A stretch of DNA of 64,000 nucleotides from Takakia lepidozioides (taxonomy: Eukaryota; Plantae; Bryophyta). Where the stretch lies: positions 47,802,001 to 47,866,000 of the forward strand of contig CM060734.1 in assembly GCA_030704615.1 (NCBI GenBank), in the 5' to 3' direction. The notes under the pieces are model-generated. The model ran no database searches. It had not been told where the DNA came from and worked only from the letters and a program-made list of their open reading frames with translations. Positions 54,006 to 64,000 of the stretch are shown piece by piece; position 1 is the first letter of the stretch; each line of letters begins with the position of its first letter. The position numbers were made by a program, and so were the translations under genes.

Positions 54006-56994
54006 CAACCACGGGACGCGTCTTCTACCTCTAAGCCTGCTGGACTTAAGGTTGCAGTCACGGAGGACAACTGGGAGGCTGATGTTGGACCTATAGTCAC
54101 CGGAGGAGAGAGACGACATATACGGCAGTTCTTGAGGGCTTACAGGAACTGCCTCTTCTTCAGTTTGAAAGACTTGGGAGCACTGAAGGGTCAAGAGATT
54201 CGCATTGAATTGGCCACTGATACGCCAATCTTTCGGAGACCCTATAGATACAGTGACATGGAGAGGTCCTTGATTCAGATGAGGACTCAGGACCTCTGGG
54301 AGGCTGGTTTGGTGGAGCTATCGGTGGAGAGTATGCTTCAGCCACAGTGATGCCAGCCCAGAAGGATGTCTATGGCAATTGGACGGAGAGACGTATGTGC
54401 GGTGATTACCGGCCTGTAAATCGTCAGACCAAGTCCGATAGGTATGCCATGCCAACACCAGAGGAGATCTTTGATGCCATTGGGCATGCCAAGGTCTTTA
54501 GCACTTTGGATTTACGATCCGGATATCACCATTTGCCGATCAAGGAGGCGGATAAGCAGAAGATGGCATTCTGGGGGATCAATGAGCACGGGAAGGATTG
54601 CCTATACCAGTGGCGGTTCTTACCATTTGGGCTTAAGAACGCTCCTGCACAGTTTCAGAGAGTCATGGACAGGATTTTAGCAGGGGTAGAGTTTTTTCGG
54701 TGCTACATAAATGACATCATCATCTTTAGTGCTACGGTGGAGGAGCATGAGAGACACCTTCAGGTGGTATTTGAGCGCTTGAGGGCGCACGGATTGAAGT
54801 TAAATCCGGGGAAGTGCAAGTTTTTCCACAACCAGATTGAGTATTTGGGTCACATGATATATCATGGAGGATTGGGGGTACAGCAGACTAAGGTAGAGGC
54901 CATTGCACAGATTCCACGTCCCACGGATGTGAGCCGAGTTCGAACTTTCATGGGGTTGACAAACTATTATAGACGGTTTGTCAAGGGATTTAGTGCCATT
55001 GCAAAGGCTCTAACCAAGCTGACCAAAGTGGACCAGGAGTGGCAGTGGGAAGATGAGTAAGAATGAGCTTTCCAAGAGCTCAAGGTGAGGTTGACCTCGG
55101 CACCCATCTTGAGACGACCTATCAGGGGGCGTCCTTTTCAGCTGCATACAGATTGGAGCATGCTGGGGCTTGGAGCGGTGCTCACATAGGTAGATGATGA
55201 GGGAAGAGAGTTCGTAGTGGCTTATGTCAGTCGCTCGAACAACGCTGCAGAGGCTAAGTATAGCTCATATGAGGGAGAGTGCTTAGCTGCAGTGTGGGCC
55301 GTGGCACACTTCAGGTGCTATCTATATGACAATCTCTTCACCCTTGTCACAAATCACCAGCCACTCAAGTGGTTGATGGAGTCAGACAAGCTTACGGGGA
55401 AGCTTGCACGGTGGGCACTCATACTTCAAGAGTATGACTTTCAGGTTGTGCATCGACCGGGTTTGGTCAATCGGGATGCGGATGGGTTGAGTCGCAATCC
55501 ATGCACGAGCCAGCAGGATGACACTGAAGCTCGGTGGCATAGTGAGACGGACGAGGAGATGGTGCCCGGATGACATGCATCTGCATTTCTGTGTATCTTG
55601 GCAGCGGAAGGCCAGGTTGGACCTACAACAGGGATGACTGTAGACCGAGTGTCTGAGGACCCTGAGGCCAGCAATGAGCAAGGTGGCGCCAAAGATATAT
55701 ATGAGGATTCAGTTGTGTTGGACTACCTCCGCACTGGAGACACAGCAGCCACTGTGACTGCCAAGGAGAGGGATTGGATCCTACAATGAGCCAAGAGGTT
55801 CAAGTGGGAGGGGACACACCTGCTCCGAGTGTGGGAGGATGGTCGACTGAGGATTGTGCCTCACCCAACACAGCGGGCACGGTTAGTGCGGCATGCCCAT
55901 GAGGAGTTGGGGCATTTTGGGGTGCGACACACTCATAGTCTACTGCAGGGGTAGTATTGGTGGCGTGGTATGCACACAAAGGTGCAACAATTTGTGGCTA
56001 GGTGCATGGTGTGTGACAGGGTGCGTGCTTCATTCAACGCCCCTACTCCACAATTGCACCCTCTTCCGATCATGGGATTGGGCTACAAGTGGAGTCTTGA
56101 CTTCGCAGGGCCATTGCCATTGACCATGCGCCACAACAAGTACGTGTTGGTGATGGTAGAGCACTTCTCCAAGTGGATCGAGTTGGTTCCATTGCCTGAT
56201 AAGGCTAGTGAAGGAGCTGCGTATGCATTCTTGGATTGTGTACTTAGCCGATTCGGTGCTCCAGTTGAGGTACTCACGGACCAAGGGAGAGAGTTCTTGG
56301 GGAGTTTCAGGCTTTGTGTGACAAGGCCTTGGTAGACCACCGCACCACTTCTCGGGATCATCCTGAGGCCGATGGCTTAGCAGAGAGGGTTGTTTAAACA
56401 GTAAAGAGGGGTTTGCGCAAGTATGGCTTGCAGAAGGGACACCTAGGAGATTGAGACCTTTAGTTACCCTGGTTAGTTATGGGCTACAGGTTCAGCAAGC
56501 AAGCATCACTTGCCTCATTCTCACCATATTTTCTTCTCTTTGGCCGAGAGCCGGATTTGCCTACATCCACTCGTAAAGAAGCTGCTACAGTTCTTAACCT
56601 TGATGATCCGGACGTGTGGGCACCTGCATGAGATCAGCGTGCAGAGTTGTTCAAGAAAGTCATGCCCATGGCTTTCGAGAATCTTGTCATTGCACAACAT
56701 CGTGATACGTTGAGGTATGCTACCATACGTGGTGGGGACTATCGTCCTGGGATCCGGAGATTTAACCCTGGTGACTATATTTATCTGCAACAGGCTGCTC
56801 CTACGACCTTGGATGTGACTGCAGGACGTATTATTTTGAGGGTTCGAGAGGTACTGCCCTCAGGCGTCTTGATCTTGTAGGGTCGGGATGACATAACTTG
56901 GAAGGACCATGTGCGTAATTGTGCGTCATGTCACCTTCCGAATGTCGATGGCAGGATTGACCCAAACCTGGCAGTGGTACCTGCAAGTTTGAGG

Positions 56995-57138
56995 TGCATG
57001 TTGTGTGGGTCTGCTAGAGGGGCAGCCACCATGCTGGTGTGTGATCAATGCTCTAGAGGTTGGCATATGGGATGTTTGACTCCACCTCTTGAGATGGTTC
57101 CTGATGGGGATTGGTTATGTCCGCATTGCATTGGATAG
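56995..57138 (+). other. PHD finger at the integrase C-terminus
   Basis: CMLC...MLVCDQCSRGWHMGCLTPPLEMVPDGDWLCPHC is a complete C4HC3 PHD, in frame with the integrase C-terminal region. Confidence 0.92.
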
Positions 57139-57479
57139 TGGGAGTGGATACAACCATGGAAGGCTAACAAGAAATGTACTAGGAGACCAACACACAAGAT
57201 CCTGACTCAAGTTCACAGATTGCAAGACGACGACTAACGATGGGGTTGCTCTTGTACCCGGCCTCTTGGTCTATAGAGTTTGAGTACAATAAGGACAGTG
57301 ATAGAGGACTTAGTACGGCTGTGGCTATTACATCTTGTTAAAGGGACCTAACCACCAGCTAGGGGGGCGATTGTGGCAGACTATTTTATTGTGCATATAT
57401 GTATGGTGTGGTTTGGACAGCGATGTAGTTGTGTAGCGATACGTATGCGCACGACAAATTTGAGTAAAAAAATAAAAAA

Positions 57480-57770
57480 ATTGGGTCCGTCAGATGTAGC
57501 GGTCGCGAATTTATCAAATTAATTTCTTGAAAATCAGGACCATCAGAGCTGACAGTCCCGATTTATTAAATATTTTCTTAAAATATGGGACCGCCAGAGC
57601 TGGCGGATTTGATTCATTAATTTTTTTTAAAAAAATTATGATCGCTAGAGCTTGTAGTTTCGATTCATTAGATAATTTTTGAATATTCGGGACCGCCAGC
57701 ACTGGCGGTCCCGATTTATTAAATAAATTCTAAAATTTAAGACCACTGGAGCTAGCAATCCCAAATTTTT
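57480..57770. repeat. Right-hand block of the GGGACCGCCAG subterminal repeats
   Basis: For example GGGACCGCCAGCACTGGCGGTCCC at ~57689-57712, the same motif as 50070-51670. Confidence 0.75.
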
Positions 57771-57986
57771 CTGAAAATAATTTTTTAAAATTTCGAATCA
57801 TCGGATATGACATGTGGCTTATGTGTTACGATCGATGTAAAATGTAATATTTAAAAAGATTACACAATGTTAAGATAGTATTTGAGGTGATCTGATGCAC
57901 ATCAGGACGTAACCCTGACGTGTTAGCATCACGTCAGTCCATTTTGTGTAACTATGTTAGCTCTGTTACCAGATTGGTAGTAGTAT

Positions 57987-58860
57987 CCAAAAAATCTTTA
58001 TGAAATCTCCCTCTTCTATCTTTAATCCTTAAAGTTTGTTCTTAAATAACATTTGTCTGAAGGCAGATCTGTCATCATACATCTTTGCCAAGGCATCCCA
58101 TACTTCCTTTGGGTCAGTAAGATAAGCAAATATAGTGAATTACTTTGTTCGTGAGAGAGAGATTAATGATGGTTAGAGTCTCATATGTTTCTTTCTAAAC
58201 TCGGTCACTGCATCCAAACCTTTAGCTGACACCATATACCTAGAGATAAAATCAAGTACATCTTCTCTCAGCAAGTATTTCTTAATTTTAGACCTCAAAA
58301 CTATGTAGATAGACCAATCTTTCCTGCAAGTTTGTCTTACGGAGAAACGATTAGAATGGAACCGTTAGCTATTTTTGAATAACTAGACACACTAATACAA
58401 ATCAACTGTAACAGAGAAAAAAACAAACAAAACTACATTAAAAAAAATTTCTGGAGCAATGCTTATAAGTAAAACACACACATCTCCATGTGGCGGAGCG
58501 AAGCTGCACACCGGAGGGTTCGTCCTAGTGACCTCCTAAAACCTTGAAGAAATTATGATTCACTTTGCAACCTGGTGCTCTGATACCATGAGGAACTGAT
58601 GTACACTAACAACTTAGAGCACCGTAGGCTAGAATGAAATAACACAAGGGACCAAAGCATACATATACCTAATTAAGAGGGATAAATGGCTATCACTGAC
58701 GGTGGATCTGCTCACAAACTAAGATGATGATATAACTATTCAAAACATTCTAGAACTGAAGGCTGTTTCTCCTTTTGTAATGACCCAAATAGCCTAGTGC
58801 TTAGCCTAAACAGTAGTCAATCACCTTATGTGTAAGAAGTGAATTAGTTCAATACTAAAT
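57987..58860 (-). mobile_element. Ty1/Copia 5' fragment: LTR, tRNA-iMet PBS, truncated gag
   Basis: PBS TGGTATCAGAGC on the minus strand at 58577-58588, directly after an LTR CA end (58589-58590). Gag remnant TDPKEVWDALAKMYDDRSAFRQMLFKNKL*GLKIEEG. The far LTR boundary is approximate. Confidence 0.8.
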
Positions 58861-59669
58861 AATGAGAGATGACAAAACTTCCCGAATAACCGGGGATGAA
58901 CTATTTGGTGGTTTCATCTGTAGGTCCATGTCGGACCGTTGGCAGGGACCAACGGAGTCATGTCGTCTGTCTCCCACCAACATTTTCTTCTCCCACGTTG
59001 TTTTGTTTTTTCCTCCTCTCCTTCCATCTCTCTCATTTGGTGGAGGTATCCTCATTCATGCTGCGTTCTTCTAGTGTAGAGATAGAGAGAGTGTGACGTT
59101 AGGTCTAATGCAGGGTGATTCGATACGTACCATATTGATGCCAACCATGTTGACAAGGACAAAATGGTATCAAAACGCTCAACCACTGAGTGATGTATGG
59201 TAACGCTACACCAAGGGCAAAACGATGTGTTAGTGGCGGAGACCACACCTCTGCAAACGAGCGCGTATATACAATGTAGATCATGACACTCCACAAGATT
59301 GAAGCGTATAAAAGGTAGGGAGCATTGGTCAAACATTATTGACCATGATGACAGGGATGGCTTATATGACTCGCGTCATATGGAGGACTACACTTGGATG
59401 AATTTTCCTAGAATCGTATGACTATGACTGAATATGGTTTTGCAGCTCTAGTTATACGATTGCATCACTACACGTGTCATTTTAAAGGCACATACACGAA
59501 TGTATTCATCCATTGGGTAAGTTCATTCATCAATGATCAAAGTGCAAAAGGTTAAAACAATTCAAAATATAGGGTTGCCCATTAGGGTAGCTGTGAACAG
59601 AGGGTTGGGACTTGGCCTCCTTTTGGGCTTTTTTTTTGTCTCCCGCCACACCATATGTTTTCTAAGTAT

Positions 59670-61915
59670 CCACGAGCCTAGAGCATGGAACGCGATGATT
59701 GCAGGAAGTGTAGGGGCGTGGGATGGAGGCTTTGCAGACCTATTTTTGAGCAAATGATGCAGGAAGGGGCGAGGATAGGCATAGCAAGGATATACACAGC
59801 GTGGAGGTGGTATAGAGGCTTCGGAGACGTATAGCAAGTAATGCGGGAAGGGGTGAATCCGGACCGGGTCATGTTCATTTGTGTTTGCAATGCGTGTGCG
59901 AGCCTGGCAGCCCTAGGAAAGGGTAAAAGGTCCATGGTGCCATTGTCAAATTTGGAATTGTTCCCGATGTCATTCTGAACAATACCCTCGTGAACAATGT
60001 GGCAGTATTGAGGATACAAAGGGAGTGTTTGAGAATATGGCTGAACGAAATGTCGTGTCCCAGAGTGCGATGATCACGGGATATGCACAGCAGGGATGCG
60101 GGATGGAGGCATTGGAGACCTATGAGCAAATGATGTGGGAAGGGGTAAAGGCAGACTTGGTCACGTTTGTTTGTAGATGCAATGCTTGTGCGAGCCTGAT
60201 TCTTCTTCGACCTGTTTCAGCCTGTTTTTCCCTCTCATCAGACTCGGCCCTAGATTGCTCGGCGGAGCAGAGTTGGCATGAGTTTTTACAGGACATTATG
60301 TTATTTCTTGAGTAGAGTTTGGAGTTCGTTGTTCCTCATCGTGTAGAGCCCAATGGAGCCCAAAACAACTTGCATGAATATTGTTGAAAGCTCACTAGCA
60401 CCCCTCACTAAAGGACCATGTCAACATGTTGAGGCTATCACATGAAAGTGTAGTATCTAGAAATATTTCACGTGCGATTCCTTTTGTAACTGGCACTTGT
60501 CTCAGGACCGCAAACGCAAGGTTTGCCTTTTTCTCAATGTACGATGTGAAGAAGTTTGTCCATTCTGCAAATGTGGGCTCTTGGCTCCTGTTAGTACCAT
60601 GATTTCTTTCTGATGTTTACAAGGTTCTTGGGAGAGTCAGCTTGGTCTTAGCAGGTCGCGTTTCAATCTCTGCCCGCTCAGCTGCACTGGGGTGAATGTC
60701 TGCTGGAAGCAAATGCAAGTCAGCATAGGGACTAGTGTGATAAGTAGGTTGGGTTGTTTGCTGGAACAATTCTAGGCTGTCGTTGTCAGCTGCTAGCAGC
60801 AAGGCAAGGATATTGTATGCATGATTTGTGCAGAGGCATGGATAGCTGAAGGAGCAGGGATAGAGTGTGGGTCTAGATTCATTCAAGAGGGCCGGATTTC
60901 AAGCTCCAGATTACCTATGACTCCCTATGGAAGGATAGCTACAAGAAACCTGCATGAGTAGATGGTCAACTGGAAGTCGCAGCAGCAACAGCGACACAAT
61001 TGATAAAATTGGGTACTGCTACTCAAGGCACCTTCTTCAACATATTTTCACCCTGTTTTTCCTTCTTATCAGAATCGGCCATAAATTGGTGTGGACACCA
61101 TTTTCTTCAACCTATTTCAGTCTGTTTTGCCCTCTCATCATTAGGGTTGGGGTGTTTGCTGGAAGAGGGCCGGATTTCAAGCACAAGAATACCTATGATT
61201 CCCTGTGGATCCATTGCTACAAGAAAGCTGCATGGGTAGATGGTGAACTAGAAGCCGCAGCAGCAGCGGCACAATTGATAAAATTAGGCACTGCTAATGA
61301 AGGCAACCTTCTTCGACACATTTCACCCTGTTTTTCCCTCTTATCAAGATCGGCCCTATATTTTCATGTTGAATTTCTGTAAGTTACTGGTTGAGTGAAC
61401 CTTTGATAGTTTGCAATGCGTGTGCAAGCCTGGCAGCTCTGGAGAAGGGCAACGAGGTCCATGGCGACATTGTCAGAGCTGCAATTGTACCACATGCCAT
61501 TCTGAACAATAGCCTTGTGGACATGTATGAAGGGAGTGTTCGACGGTATGGCTGAACAAGATGTGGGTATCGTGGAGTGCGATGATTGCAGGATATGCAC
61601 AGGAAGGGCGTGGGATGGAGGCTTTTGAGAACTATGAACCTGGGGGCTCTAGGAAAGGGATTCATGCGAAAGGAGTATTCCACACTCTGGCTGAATGAGA
61701 TGTGGTGTCATGGAATGCGATGCTTGTAGGGTATGCACAGCAGGGGCACATGATGGAGGCTTTGGAGACCTATGAGCAAATGATGTGGGAAGGGTGAAGC
61801 CCGACCACATCAGGTTTGTGTGCGTTTGCAGTGCGTGTGCAATTGTGGCAGCCCTGGAAAAGGGCAAAGAGGTGCATGGTTGCATCGCCAAAGCTGGAAT
61901 TGTACCAGATGTGAT
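59670..61915 (+). pseudogene. Fragmented PLS-class PPR sequences interleaved with a local non-PPR repeat
   Basis: PPR pieces at ~59670-60198 and ~61408-61915 (AWNAMIAG, AMITGYAQQGCGMEALETYEQM, TFVCRCNACASL) with frameshifts. Repeat segments occur at ~60200-60250, ~60880-61360 and ~61915-62005. Confidence 0.75.
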
Positions 61916-62949
61916 TCCCTATGGATCAATAGCTACAAGAAACCTGCATGGGTAGATGGTCAACTAAAGGCTACAGCTGCAGCGGCACAGTTGATAAAAC
62001 CAGGCACGTCAACCATGACCACAGCTTCTGAAAGAGGATTGTCCCATTCTCCTTCTGGTTCTGCAACTATTCTCTGCTTCAACGTTTCGATTATATGTCC
62101 CACTAGCTGGTTGCATTGCAGGCAATGTAGATCCCAATGCTCTCGTATGACAAATCTTGCACATGTGAGTTTCGTGGGTATTTGGTTTGGTTGATATTTC
62201 CCTCCCGTATCGCAGTTCCTGACTTAGGCGATAGGAGTTCCTCCACATCTTCACATTTTTTTGTCACGGAATGCAGCAATCGCAATCGTAGCTCAGTCAT
62301 AACTGCTACACCCCATACACTCTTCCTTTCATTTTGGGTGTTGCTTACACTTGACGTTTCATGGGCTTGTTCTTCAGTGCTCTGCGAGCATTTTCCTCCT
62401 CCATTGTTTCCAGTCCCATCACCGATAACAGGTATGGTCTTAACTGTTTACCCGTGTGATCTGCTCTCATGTAATCAGCCTCTTCGCTGACCAGTGAGTA
62501 ATGCCCCTGGTGTTCATGCTCACTTCCAGGTAAGTCTTCTTCCTTACCCTTGTTACCTCCCTTGTTTTCCTTCTTTTCAGGCAGACTTTGCCCATCAGTT
62601 TTTACCAAGTTCTGCCCTTGTCTCTCAGCCCCGTGATTTGCCCGTGTTTGTATAACCCCAACCAAAGGCAACCTTTCACTGGCCTGATTGTTAGCAGCAG
62701 CTGATTGTGGTCTTCTTGGCAGGGTTTCCCACAAGCTCCCCTCTCTTTCAGGCAACCAGTTCTTAATCCTGCCTCTCCACTTTTCACAAGTGAAGTGCCT
62801 ATTCTCTCTTTCTTCATACTCCAGCCACTCAGGTAACCTCTTCTCCATCGGCTTGCTACTTCCACACTTCCAGGCCTTGTTTATTTTTCTCCAGCCATTG
62901 CCCTCATGCTGGACAAGGTCCTCAATGCCTCTTCTGGCTGCACTTCTGG

Positions 62950-64000
62950 GCATGTGAAGATGCTTTGCGGTAGGCACACTGATAGAGGCTCTACAGACTT
63001 TAAACCAAAGAGGCATTTCAGCAGATTCAGGTACGTATGTCTGTCTCTTGCTTAAGTGCATCAAGATGGAAGGTCTGGAAGTTGGAAAGCTGGTGCACAC
63101 TCACATTATCCAAAGTGGATTCACGCCAATGTTTTTCTACTCAACACCTTTGTCTCCATGTATGTTAAGTGCGGGAGCATCATGGATGCTCACCAAGTGT
63201 TTGTTTGTGTTTGCAATGCGTGTGCACGCATGGGAGCTCTGGAAAAGGGGAAAGAGGTCCATGGTGACATCGTCAAAGCTGGAATTGTACAAGGTGTCAT
63301 TCTGAACACTGCGCTGGTGGACATGTATGCCAAATGTGGGTGCATTAAGGATGCGACCGGGAGTTTCCAACACTATGGCTGAATATTTTGTGGTGTCGTG
63401 GAACGCGATGCTTGTAGGGTATGCACAGCAAGGACATGGTATGGAGGCTTTGGAGACCTATGATCGAATGATGGGGGAATGGGTGAAGCCCACTGACCAC
63501 ATCACGTTTGTGTGCATTTGTAATGCATCTGCAAGCCTGGCAGCCCTGGAAAAGGGCAAAGAGGTCCATGGTGACATTTTCATGGCTGGATTGCACCCGA
63601 TGTCATTTTGAACAATACCCTGGTGGATATGTATGCAAAATGTGGGTGCATCGAGGATGCAAAGGGAGTGTTCGACAATATGGCTGAACAATATATGGTG
63701 TCATGTAATGCCATGCTTGCAGGAGATGCACATTAGGGGCGCGGGATGGAGGCCTTGGAGACCTATGAGCAAATGATAGGGGAAAGGGTGAAGTGTAACC
63801 AGATCACATTTGTGTGTGTTTGCAATGCTTGTGCAAGCCTGGCAGCCCTAGAAAAGGGCAAAGAGATCCATGGTGACATCATTAAATCGGGAATTACACC
63901 AGATGTCATTTTGAACACTACCCCTGGTGGACATGTATGCCAAATGTGGGTGCATTGAGGATGCAATGGGAGTGTTTGACAGTATGGCTGAACGACATGT
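62950..64000 (+). pseudogene. PLS-class PPR (organellar RNA-editing-factor type) gene with frameshifts; runs off the window end
   Basis: TYVCLLLKC...GKLVHTHII, then near-identical P-L-S triplets of ~303 bp (VSWNAMLVGYAQQGHGMEALETY / TFVCVCNACASLAALEKGKEVHGDI / VILNTALVDMYAKCG). Confidence 0.85.

Larger units (their letters stand above)
52460..57455 (+). mobile_element. Ty3/Gypsy retrotransposon copy 2 (DNMT-RT-RNaseH-integrase-PHD-PPT-start of 3' LTR); lacks gag and protease
   Basis: Colinear with copy 1 from ~52460. RT 54347-55060, RNaseH, integrase HHCC (HEELGH...CMVC) and core (WSLDFAGP, VLTDQGREF, ADGLAER), terminal PHD. PPT AGGGGGG at 57361-57367 then TG at 57372. Multiple stops and frameshifts. 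Confidence 0.93.

Noticed and set aside
62345-63100. 251-aa minus-strand ORF
   Set aside because: No recognisable domain, and its 5' part is antisense to the PPR coding sequence.

Overview
Eukaryotic nuclear DNA, most likely from a non-seed land plant (inferred from spliced genes with short introns, plastid GNAT3, an SLT1/FYD-family gene and PLS-class PPR arrays). The first ~28 kb is gene-rich: a multi-cupin gene, a coiled-coil gene, a RING-H2 E3 ligase, GNAT3 and an SLT1-family gene, plus a LINE fragment and a tRNA-derived SINE. From ~29 kb on it is a nest of decayed transposons, ending in a degenerate PLS-PPR cluster. The main result is two diverged, decayed copies of a Ty3/Gypsy LTR retrotransposon (35.2-41.0 kb and 52.5-57.5 kb). 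Their combined domain order is gag(2 Zn knuckles)-protease-C5 cytosine DNA methyltransferase (DNMT3-like)-RT-RNaseH-integrase-PHD finger. Both copies carry an in-frame TAG-CAA-CCA at the same position between the DNMT and RT. This matches the UAG-CARYYA stop-readthrough signal and suggests the methyltransferase is made in excess over RT/IN. Also present: a TTAA-flanked piggyBac-like MITE, foldback elements, a Copia 5' fragment and a candidate conserved uORF. Exon boundaries were read by eye and no database searches were run.
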